NCBI GenBank assembly: GCA_963662615.2
Contig: CAXXSR010000001.1
Location: forward strand, 1,120,001-1,184,000
Origin: Dehalococcoidia bacterium
GTDB lineage: Bacteria; Chloroflexota; Dehalococcoidia; Bin125
Length of the DNA: 64,000 nt
Direction: 5' to 3'
In this document: piece after piece, positions 7,088 to 18,044 of the stretch
Layout: each line of letters begins with the position of its first letter
How positions within the stretch are numbered: position 1 is the first letter of the stretch
Translations under genes and position numbers: made by a program
The notes under the pieces: model-generated
What the model was told of the DNA's origin: nothing
Seen by the model: the letters and a program-made list of their open reading frames with translations, nothing else
Databases searched by the model: none

Positions 7088-9850
7088 CTACTGCTCTTCA
7101 GCGACGGTGGCGGACTGCAACGGCTCCATGTCGCGCCAGTTCGGCCCCCGCTTCATCTCGATCTTCAGCGGCACCACCATCTCGATCGCCCGCGGCATGA
7201 TCTCTTGCAGGATCGCCGCCACGTCCGCCACCTCCCGCTCAGGCAGCTCAAAGATCAGTTCGTCGTGGACCTGCAGGATCATCCGCGCCGCCAGCTCACG
7301 CTCCCGCAGCGCAGCGAAGATGCGCAACATCGCCAGCTTCATCACGTCCGCCGCCGTGCCCTGCACGGGCATATTGACGGCGACCCGCTCCGCCGCCGAC
7401 CGCACCTGGAAGTTGGACGAGCGGATCTCCGGGATCCGCCGGCGCCGGCCCAGCAGCGTCTCTCCGTACGCGCGCTCCCGCACCGACTCCTTCACTTCCT
7501 CGATCCATTCCTGCACTCGGGCGAACCGTCCGAAGTAGGCATCAATGAACGCTTGGGCATCCTGTCGTTCCATGCCCGACCGCTGCGACAGGCCGTGCGC
7601 CGTCAGACCGTAGATCACGCCGAAGTTCATCATCTTCGCCACCCGGCGCATCTCCGGCTCCACCTCCGCCTGCCCCACCCCGTACACCCCCGACGCTGTC
7701 GCCGCGTGGATGTCCTCGTCGTTTTGGAACGCCTCGATCAGCACCGGATCACCCGACAGGTGCGCCAGCACCCGCAGCTCAATCTGCGAGTAGTCCGCGC
7801 CCAGAAAGAGCACGTCGTCGCCGTCGTGCGCCACGAAGGCGGCGCGGATCTCCCGCCCCATCTCGGTCCGCACGGGAATGTTCTGCAAGTTTGGATTCTC
7901 CGACGACAACCGCCCCGTCGCCGCCACCGTCTGGTTGTAATCCGTGTGAATCCGCCCCGTGCGCTGATTGATCAACGCCGGCAGCGTGTTCACGTAGGTG
8001 GACTTCAGCTTCGTCAGCTCGCGGTACTGCAGGACCTGCTCCACCACCGGATGCACGTTCGTCAACCGCTCCAGCGAGCGCGCATCAGTGCTGTAGCCCT
8101 GCGTCGTCTTGCGCGACTTGGGCAGCTTCAGCTCTTCAAACAGCACCTCGCTCAACTGCTTGGGCGAGCTGACGTTGAACTCCCGGCCCACCTGCTGATG
8201 GATCCGCGCCTCCGTCGCGCCCACCTCCGTATCCAGCGTTGCGGAGAGGTGCTCCAACGCCGACGGTTCCAGGGTCACGCCGCGGCGTTCCATCGCCGCC
8301 AGCACTTCGACCAGCGGCAGCTCGACGTTCCCGTACAGCTCGAACAGCTGCGGCTCCTTCTCGAACTCCTCCGCGTACACGGCGGCCAGCCGCAACGTCA
8401 TGTCGGCGTCCGCGGCCGCGTACGGGCCCGCCTGCCCCGCCGGCACTTCCGTCATCGAGATCTGGCTCTTGCCCGTGCCGATCAGCTCCTCAATCGCCGT
8501 CATCGTCACGCCCAGCCGCTCCAGGGCCAGCGTCTTCAACCCGATCGACTGCTCGCCCAGCAGGTACGCGGCGATCATCGTGTCGTGCCGGAGACCGCGC
8601 AGCGTCACGCCGTGCCCGGCCAGCACCTTCAGGTCGAACTTCGCGTTGTGCAGCGCCTTGGGGATCTGCGCGTCCTCCAGCACGGGGCGCAGCAGCTCCT
8701 TCGCCTCTTCCGACGACAGCAGCGGCTCTCCGTCATCGGCGTGTTTCACGGGGACGTACGCCGCCTCCCCCGGCGCGACGGCGAGCGCGTACCCCGCGAT
8801 CTCGCACGTCATCGTGTCCACCCCGGACGTCTCCAGATCGACGGCCAGCAACGGGGCCCGCCGGGCCCGGTCCACCCAGCCCCGCAGCGCCGCCGCCGTC
8901 CGCACGACCTCGTAGTGCGTCTCCACGGCCGGCTCGCGTCCTTCCGCGGACAGGACGGCCGCGGCGCCGCCCACCGTCTCCGGCAGCCGATCAATCAGGC
9001 TGCGAAACTCCAACGCTTGAAAGAGCTGCAGCACCGCACCGCGGTCGTAGTCCTGGACCTGGGCGGCATCGAGGTCCAGCTGCACCGGCACGTCGTGCGC
9101 AATCGTCGCCATCCGCTTCGAGTGCAGCGCCTGCTCGCGATTCTCGCGCAGCGCCTTCTGCGCGCGGGCCGGCTTCACCTCATCCAGCCGTTCGTAGATC
9201 TCCTCCACCGTCCGGTACTCGTTGAGCAGCTTGATCGCCGTCTTCTCGCCGATCCCCGGCACGCCGGGAATGTTGTCGGACGTGTCGCCCTTCAACCCCT
9301 TGAAATCAATGATCTGAATCGGGTCGATCCCGTAGCGGTCGCGCACCTTCTCCGCCGAGTCGTAGCGCACGGTGTCGCGCTGGTAGGGCCGGTACATGAA
9401 CACGTTGACGCCGGGCCGCACCAACTGGATCAGGTCACTGTCCAGCGTCGCGATCCAGGTTTCCACGTCTTGCTCCGCCGCCTGATCGGCCAGCGCCGCC
9501 AGCACGTCGTCCGCCTCATAGCCGGGCGCCTCGAAGATGGGGATGTTGAACGCGCCGATCAGATCCCGGCAACGATCGATCTGGGGCGGGAGATCCTCCG
9601 GCGGCGGCGGCCGGTTGGCTTTGTAGTTCGCGTCCGCCTCGTGGCGGAACGTCGGCTCCGGGGTATCCATCGCCACAGCGATGTGCGTCGGCTTCAGCTC
9701 GTCCAGCACGCTCAGCAGCGTGTTGGCAAATCCGTACACCGCCGTCACGACCTCGCCCGTCTTCCGCACCACCAGCGGCTCGCGCACCGCGAAGTAGGCG
9801 CGAAAGATGATGCCGTGCCCGTCCAGAATCACGAATTTCGACTCGGCCAT
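7088..9850 (-). CDS. polA: DNA polymerase I
   Basis: 5'-3' exonuclease (LDGHGIIFRAYFA), 3'-5' exonuclease, and polymerase motifs TGRLSS, DYSQIELR, QVHDEL. Confidence 0.98.
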   Translation of the reverse strand: MAESKFVILDGHGIIFRAYFAVREPLVVRKTGEVVTAVYGFANTLLSVLDELKPTHIAVAMDTPEPTFRHEADANYKANRPPPPEDLPPQIDRCRDLIGAFNIPIFEAPGYEADDVLAALADQAAEQDVETWIATLDSDLIQLVRPGVNVFMYRPYQRDTVRYDSAEKVRDRYGIDPIQIIDFKGLKGDTSDNIPGVPGIGEKTAIKLLNEYRTVEEIYERLDEVKPARAQKALRENREQALHSKRMATIAHDVPVQLDLDAAQVQDYDRGAVLQLFQALEFRSLIDRLPETVGGAAAVLSAEGREPAVETHYEVVRTAAALRGWVDRARRAPLLAVDLETSGVDTMTCEIAGYALAVAPGEAAYVPVKHADDGEPLLSSEEAKELLRPVLEDAQIPKALHNAKFDLKVLAGHGVTLRGLRHDTMIAAYLLGEQSIGLKTLALERLGVTMTAIEELIGTGKSQISMTEVPAGQAGPYAAADADMTLRLAAVYAEEFEKEPQLFELYGNVELPLVEVLAAMERRGVTLEPSALEHLSATLDTEVGATEARIHQQVGREFNVSSPKQLSEVLFEELKLPKSRKTTQGYSTDARSLERLTNVHPVVEQVLQYRELTKLKSTYVNTLPALINQRTGRIHTDYNQTVAATGRLSSENPNLQNIPVRTEMGREIRAAFVAHDGDDVLFLGADYSQIELRVLAHLSGDPVLIEAFQNDEDIHAATASGVYGVGQAEVEPEMRRVAKMMNFGVIYGLTAHGLSQRSGMERQDAQAFIDAYFGRFARVQEWIEEVKESVRERAYGETLLGRRRRIPEIRSSNFQVRSAAERVAVNMPVQGTAADVMKLAMLRIFAALRERELAARMILQVHDELIFELPEREVADVAAILQEIMPRAIEMVVPLKIEMKRGPNWRDMEPLQSATVAEEQ

Positions 9851-9895
9851 CGCACTGATCCCGTCGCAAGTATACGGGCCGAGCTGGCCATAAAG

Positions 9896-10098
9896 CCGCT
9901 CACCCTGACCTGTCCTTGCCTCCTGGGAAGGAGCCTGTCGAAGGGTCGGCGGCGAGTCCCCCCGTTCGTCCTGAGCCTGCCTGTCCTGAGCTTGCCGAAG
10001 GGGCGAAGGGCGCCGACATCGTCCTGATCATCGTGCCCCGGCGCGAGCGCTCACAAACCCCGCGCGAGCCCAGACGAGTCGCGAGCGCGGGCCAAAAA
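9896..10098. repeat. Composite repeat cluster (interrupted and nested family A copies plus a family B copy)
   Basis: CCTGAGCCTG-CCTGTCCTGAGCTTGCCGAAGGGG-CGAAGGG nested copy; 10009-10098 is about 90% identical to 5078-5167. Confidence 0.8.
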
Positions 10099-10104
10099 CT
10101 TCTC

Positions 10105-10737
10105 CTACCGAATGACCAACTCCAGGTCCACACCGTTGCCGGCCCGCGCCAGCTGAGGCAGGCAGGCGCCGCAGGCGAGGTTGAAGTCCACCCGTTGATC
10201 GCCGGCGAATCGCAGGCCCACCGCCTCGCTTTCGCCCGGCGCGAGGTCGAACCGCAACACCGTGCGCCCGCGCCCCACGACGGCGCCCGTACGCAACGCC
10301 CCCGCCTGCCGGCGGCCGCTCTCATTGACCACGTGCAGATCGCTTCGCGGCGCCGCCGCTTCCCCCGTCGACAGGATGAACACGACGATCCGCTGTCCCG
10401 CCGCGACGGCGAAGGGCGCGCCCCGACAGCCGATGCAAGTCGCCACGTAGTCCGTCGGCTCCATGGCCGCCGCCAGCGAGAACGTGCTCGCGCTCCCCGC
10501 ATCGACCGTGTGCATCGACAGCGCGATCGTCCCGCCGGCCGCCGTTACCAAGCTCAGCTGGACGCGCCGCTCCACGGCGGACGGGTTCAACAGCGTCACG
10601 ATGGCGGCGTCGGCGTCCTGCTCGGCTTCCTGGGACGGGGCTTCCTGTGACCAAGCCGCCCACAGCGCTCCCGTCGCGCTCACGCCCGCCAGCAACACGA
10701 CTCCCACCATCACCGCGGCGAGGCGACGAACGCCCAT
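10105..10737 (-). CDS. Secreted/membrane-anchored hypothetical protein with two CxxC motifs
   Basis: Signal-like N-terminus; CIGC and CGAC at the ends of two similar halves. Confidence 0.7.
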   Translation of the reverse strand: MGVRRLAAVMVGVVLLAGVSATGALWAAWSQEAPSQEAEQDADAAIVTLLNPSAVERRVQLSLVTAAGGTIALSMHTVDAGSASTFSLAAAMEPTDYVATCIGCRGAPFAVAAGQRIVVFILSTGEAAAPRSDLHVVNESGRRQAGALRTGAVVGRGRTVLRFDLAPGESEAVGLRFAGDQRVDFNLACGACLPQLARAGNGVDLELVIR

Positions 10738-10826
10738 CGCATCCCCCTCTACGCCGCCATCCCGCGGCGCCTACGCTCAGACAATCCGCTCACACGATCC
10801 GCCCACACGATCCGATCGCCGGCATC

Positions 10827-10863
10827 CGAACGCCTGTTCGCTGCCTGCCGCCGATGATAGACT
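10827..10863 (+). promoter_or_regulatory. LexA (Cheo-type) SOS box and extended -10 upstream of uvrA
   Basis: CGAAC-GCCT-GTTCG at 10827-10840; TGnTAGACT at about 10855-10863. Confidence 0.75.
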
Positions 10864-10928
10864 CGTCACGAACCCATCCAGGCAGCTCCCGCGCCGCTGC
10901 CCGGCGACCGACGCGAGGAACATCGCCC

Positions 10929-14000
<3,072 letters not shown>

Positions 14001-14183
14001 CCTGCATCACGGGTCGGACCGAGAGGCTCGCCGACGGGCGCTGCTCTCTGGGGTGCCAAGGTGTTGCGAGAGCCGAGCAGACCGTATATGACGTATATGT
14101 GCAACTGTTGAGGGTGGCGTCTGCCAGCCACGACTGAGCCAGGCGGGGCCGCGGGCAGCGAGCCGCGGGAGGAATAAGCAACC

Positions 14184-14465
14184 ATGACGTACACCATCGC
14201 CGAGCCCTGCATCGACGTCAAAGACCAGTCCTGCGTGGAGGTCTGCCCCGTCGACTGCATTCACGCCGACGACGAGGACCGCATCCTCTACATCAGTCCC
14301 GATGAGTGCATCGACTGCGGGGCCTGCGAACCGGCCTGCCCGGTGACCGCCATCTTCGCCGAGGACGACGTCCCCGAGGAGTGGCAGACCTACACGGAAA
14401 TCAACGCGCTCTGGTTTGAGGACAAAGACGGGGCGCGGGCCAAGGTGGCGGAAATCGCTCCCTAA
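14184..14465 (+). CDS. fdxA: 7Fe-type ferredoxin (FdxA family)
   Basis: CIDVKDQSCVEVCPVDCI and CIDCGACEPACP. Confidence 0.9.
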   Translation: MTYTIAEPCIDVKDQSCVEVCPVDCIHADDEDRILYISPDECIDCGACEPACPVTAIFAEDDVPEEWQTYTEINALWFEDKDGARAKVAEIAP

Positions 14466-14481
14466 GGACGCCGCCTCGTCG

Positions 14482-15801
14482 CTAGAACCCCAGCTTACCG
14501 CGGACCGCGTCCACGATCTCCGGCACGGCCACCCGAACCTGCTCCTGCGTATCTCGATCGCGGATGGTCACCGCGTTGTCCTCCAGCGAGTCGAAGTCAA
14601 CGGTGACGCAGAGCGGCGTGCCCGCCTCGTCCTGCCGCCGGTAGCGGCGTCCAATGCTCTGCGTCTCGTCAAGCTGCGTGGCCCAATGAGGCCGCAGCCT
14701 GGCCCAAACGTCCTGCGTTAGGGGCATCAGCGCCTCCCGCTTGCTGAGGGGCAAAACCGCCACCTTGATCGGGGCCAGGCGCGGGTGAAACTTGAGAATG
14801 ACGCGGTCATCTCCCTTTTCGTCAGGCTCCACGGTGTAGGCGTCGCAGAGGAAGGCAAGCATGATCCGGTCCACCCCCGCCGAAGGCTCCACCACGTAGG
14901 GCACCAGGTGCTCCTTGGTATCGGGGTCGAAGTAGGCCAAGCGCTTGCCGCTGTGTTGGGAATGCGCCTTGAGGTCAAAGTCAGTCCGATTGGCGATGCC
15001 CTCCAGCTCCTGCCAGCCCCAGGGGAAGCGGTACTGGATGTCCGTGGTGCCGGCGGAGTAGTGGGAGAGCTTCTCCGGCGGATGCACGTCGCGACGGAGG
15101 TTCTCGCGGCGCATCCCCAGGTCCGCATACCACTGCTCGCGTAGTTCGATCCAACGCTGGTACCAGGAGTCCGCCTCCGCGGGATGGACAAAGAACTCCA
15201 GCTCCATCTGTTCAAACTCGCGCGTCCGGAAGATGAAGTTACCCGGCGTGATCTCGTTGCGGAACGCCTTGCCCTGCTGAGCGATGCCGAAGGGCAGCCG
15301 GCGCCGGCTGCTGGTCAGGACATTCTCAAAATTCACGAAGATGCCTTGGGCGGTCTCGGGCCGCAGGTAGGCCACGCTGGCCTCATCTTCCACCGGGCCG
15401 ACCTGGGTCTTGAACATCAAGCTGAACTGACGCGGCGGCGTCATGGAATCCACCGCGCCGCAGTGGGGACAGGCGTTGCCGGCCAGCTCGTCGTGGCGAA
15501 AGCGCTGTTTGCATTCGCGGCAGTCCACCAGCGGATCGGAGAAGCTCGAGAGGTGGCCGCTGGCTGTCCAGACCTGGGGGGCCATCAAGATGGCCGAGTC
15601 AAGGCCAACGACGTCGCGGCGCTCCCACACCATCGCGCGCCACCACTGCTCGCGGATGTTGCGCTTCAGCTCCACGCCCAGCGGCCCGTAGTCATAGGTG
15701 GAGCCAAAGCCGCCGTAGATCTCGCTGCTGGGGAACACGAAGCCGCGCCGCTTGGCCAGCGAGACAATCGTTTCCAAGGTGAGCGGAGAGGCGGTCGCCA
15801 T
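14482..15801 (-). CDS. glyQS: Glycine--tRNA ligase, homodimeric (eukaryotic/archaeal-type)
   Basis: LAKRRGFVFPSSEIYGG, YLRPETAQGIF, FRNEITPGNFIFRTREFEQME, SIGRRYRRQDE. Confidence 0.96.
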   Translation of the reverse strand: MATASPLTLETIVSLAKRRGFVFPSSEIYGGFGSTYDYGPLGVELKRNIREQWWRAMVWERRDVVGLDSAILMAPQVWTASGHLSSFSDPLVDCRECKQRFRHDELAGNACPHCGAVDSMTPPRQFSLMFKTQVGPVEDEASVAYLRPETAQGIFVNFENVLTSSRRRLPFGIAQQGKAFRNEITPGNFIFRTREFEQMELEFFVHPAEADSWYQRWIELREQWYADLGMRRENLRRDVHPPEKLSHYSAGTTDIQYRFPWGWQELEGIANRTDFDLKAHSQHSGKRLAYFDPDTKEHLVPYVVEPSAGVDRIMLAFLCDAYTVEPDEKGDDRVILKFHPRLAPIKVAVLPLSKREALMPLTQDVWARLRPHWATQLDETQSIGRRYRRQDEAGTPLCVTVDFDSLEDNAVTIRDRDTQEQVRVAVPEIVDAVRGKLGF

Positions 15802-15982
15802 CGGTCGCTCCCTCTCTGGTGGGGATTCGGGGGCTGGGAGAGCGCGTACGCTCACGCTACCAGCGGGCGCCGACCCCGGCAATTGGCCGCGACGCTCGCA
15901 CCGCACATCATTGACGTCCGTGGTTTGATGGAGCCCAACGCCGTGACGCGCGTTCGGGGAATCCGGAAGAGGAGGGAAGAGG

Positions 15983-16147
15983 GTGCGATTTCTGCTTGGC
16001 TTTCTCGTCGGCCTCGCCTCGGGCGTAGCGGTCGCCGCCCTCGCGGAGAGTGGCGCCCTGCCGGTGGCTCTGCCGCGGGCGCGGGGCCGGGCCACCCCGC
16101 CTGAAGCCACCGCGCATGAAGACACCGCCCATGAGGATCGCGAATGA
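15983..16147 (+). CDS. Small membrane protein (54 aa, YtxH-like N-terminus), not in the ORF track
   Basis: GAGGAGGG RBS, GTG start, MRFLLGFLVGLASGVAVAALAE...; stop overlaps the darA ATG (ATGA). Confidence 0.65.
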   Translation: MRFLLGFLVGLASGVAVAALAESGALPVALPRARGRATPPEATAHEDTAHEDRE

Positions 16148-16473
16148 AGGTGATCCTGATCGTCGCCGAGACCGCCGACGTGGATCACCTCTCCAACGAA
16201 TTGGTCGGCGCCGGCTATCCCGTCACCAAGCTCGGCAGCAGCGGCGGCCTCCTCCGCCGCGGGAATAGCACGCTGATCTCTGGCGTGCCCGACGATGCCG
16301 TGGATGGCGTGATCGAGATTGTGAGGCGCCTCACCCATGCCCGGACGGAACTGGTGCCCGTCCGTGAGCTGCCGTTGCTCGGTCAGCTTGACCTCACCCG
16401 CGAGCCGCTGGAGGTGCGCCGGGGCGGCGCCGTGATCTGGGTGCTGCCGGTGGACCGCTACGAGCGCTGCTAG
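16144..16473 (+). CDS. darA: Cyclic-di-AMP receptor DarA/PstA (PII-like, YaaQ family)
   Basis: MKVILIV...TKLGSSGGLLRRGNSTLISGV...EVRRGGAVIWVLPVDRYE matches the DarA pattern. Confidence 0.88.
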   Translation: MKVILIVAETADVDHLSNELVGAGYPVTKLGSSGGLLRRGNSTLISGVPDDAVDGVIEIVRRLTHARTELVPVRELPLLGQLDLTREPLEVRRGGAVIWVLPVDRYERC

Positions 16474-17813
16474 CCCGTTTCGCCGTCCGCGCTCGCCGAC
16501 TCCTGGCCCAGGAGGTCCAGCATCACCTTCACCAAGAAGGGGTCCCACTGGCTGCCGGCGCCTGCCTCCAACATGGCTCGGGCATCCTTATGCGACAGCG
16601 CCTCCCGATAGGGGCGGCGTGAGGTCATGGCGACATACGCGTCGGCAATCGAGAGGATGCCGGCCTCCGTGGGGATCATGCTGCCGGACAACATCTCCGG
16701 ATAGCCATTGCCGTCCAGCCGCTCGTGGTGGGCGGCCACCCAGGCCGCCGCCGGCTCCAAGGCGGGCAGGCGCCGGAGGATCTCGGCGGAGAAGGCGGGG
16801 TGACTCTGCACGCGCTGCATCTCCTCGACCGTCAGGAGATCCCGCTTGACGAGGATGCGTGCCGGCACGCCCAACGCGCCCAGGTCGTTCCAGAGCGCCG
16901 CCAGAGCGATGCTCTCCGCCCGCGCGGGGCTCATATCGAGGCGAGTCGCCATCCCGCGGGCATAGTGGGCCACGCGCTGGGCACGGCCTCGCTCATGGCC
17001 CGCCTTGGCGTCCACCAGGTCCGCCGCCGCCTCGCTGAAGGACCACAGGAGGGCATCGCTGCTGGGCACGCCGGCGGCCGGCGCGTTCGTGAGGACCCGC
17101 TCGGCCACAGCATCGCCGTAGAAGCCGAGCCAGAAGGAGTCGTCTTCCGAAACCGCGGCGAGGGCAACGGCGATCCGCGGGTCGATCTCGCGGCCCGCCC
17201 AGGCGCGGATCGTGCGGCGGCAGCGGGCCCGCGCCGTCAGCGGGTTCGTTTCACCCGACACCACGCTCTCGAACAAGTCGGCGGCCCGGACCACGCGCCC
17301 CACCACGGGGATCGCCTCGCCCTTTGCGCTTGCCGGATAGCCGCTGCCATCCCAGTTCTCGTGGCTCGCCCGGACGGCCGCGTATGTGGCGTCCGGAAAC
17401 CACGGGGTGGTGAGAAACTCCGCCCCGGCGCTGACGTGGGTGGCCAGCACCTGTTGCACCAGGCCGCGGCTGCGCCGCGGCACCTCCGCCGCGTCCAGAT
17501 CGTTTTGGGGGGCGAAGCCGAAGATCAGCTCTTCATCAACGCCCGGCACGCCTAGCAGGCCCGCGGCCGCAATCGGCACGCCCACGTCATGGAGGAGTCC
17601 GGCGTGGAAGGCGGCGCGCCCCGCCTCATCGCCGAGAGCGAGCGCGCGTACCAGCAACGTTGCGATATAGCCCACGCGAGCGGCATGTCCGGGCTCACGC
17701 CCTTCCGCCGCGTCAAGCCCGAACGCGAAGGCGGTGACCAGTTCCGCCAGCGACGCGACGAGACCGGAGTCGGGCTGCAGCCCCTCCTGCCGGGCAACGC
17801 TTAAGGTGGTCAC
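16470..17813 (-). CDS. Tandem HD-GYP domain phosphohydrolase
   Basis: LLHDVG...HENWDGSGYP and LWNDLG...HHERLDGNGYP...RRPYR; start uncertain (17813 or 17879). Confidence 0.85.
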   Translation of the reverse strand: MTTLSVARQEGLQPDSGLVASLAELVTAFAFGLDAAEGREPGHAARVGYIATLLVRALALGDEAGRAAFHAGLLHDVGVPIAAAGLLGVPGVDEELIFGFAPQNDLDAAEVPRRSRGLVQQVLATHVSAGAEFLTTPWFPDATYAAVRASHENWDGSGYPASAKGEAIPVVGRVVRAADLFESVVSGETNPLTARARCRRTIRAWAGREIDPRIAVALAAVSEDDSFWLGFYGDAVAERVLTNAPAAGVPSSDALLWSFSEAAADLVDAKAGHERGRAQRVAHYARGMATRLDMSPARAESIALAALWNDLGALGVPARILVKRDLLTVEEMQRVQSHPAFSAEILRRLPALEPAAAWVAAHHERLDGNGYPEMLSGSMIPTEAGILSIADAYVAMTSRRPYREALSHKDARAMLEAGAGSQWDPFLVKVMLDLLGQESASADGETG

Positions 17814-18044
17814 CGCTCTGCCCCCCACCCGCGCTCGGGCGCGCTCAATCGCCCTCCGGCGGCGCGCCATCCTGGGCAAGCGCCACCCGCACTTCAGTTA
17901 TCGGCAGGTGCAGACAGAAGTCGTAGTGGAGGGGCCCGGTCCGAGCGGGGCGCGCTCGGCCCCGCTCGGTGCCCGCACAGGGACGGCCCCCTGGAACGAG
18001 GGATATCCCCGGCCCGCCCCCGGCGGCTCGCCCAGAGAATTCGC

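Noticed and set aside
7205-10027. Long antisense ORFs (940 aa opposite polA; similar ones opposite ftsH, clpC, the mutase, gap and the his genes)
   Set aside because: Shadow frames of high-GC genes; no family motifs, while the opposite strand encodes clear proteins.
351-10098. CRISPR array interpretation of the repeated palindromes
   Set aside because: Copies are separated by whole genes or other repeats rather than uniform 30-40 bp spacers, and there are no cas genes.
15802-15982. T-box or glycine riboswitch upstream of glyQS; c-di-AMP riboswitch upstream of darA
   Set aside because: No GGTGGNACC T-box, glycine aptamer or ydaO consensus recognisable; part of the gap is explained by a small ORF. 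An Infernal search would settle it.
14482-16548. 688-aa extended GlyRS
   Set aside because: The extension is antisense to darA and the small ORF; the real start at 15801 has an RBS and matches the family N-terminus.
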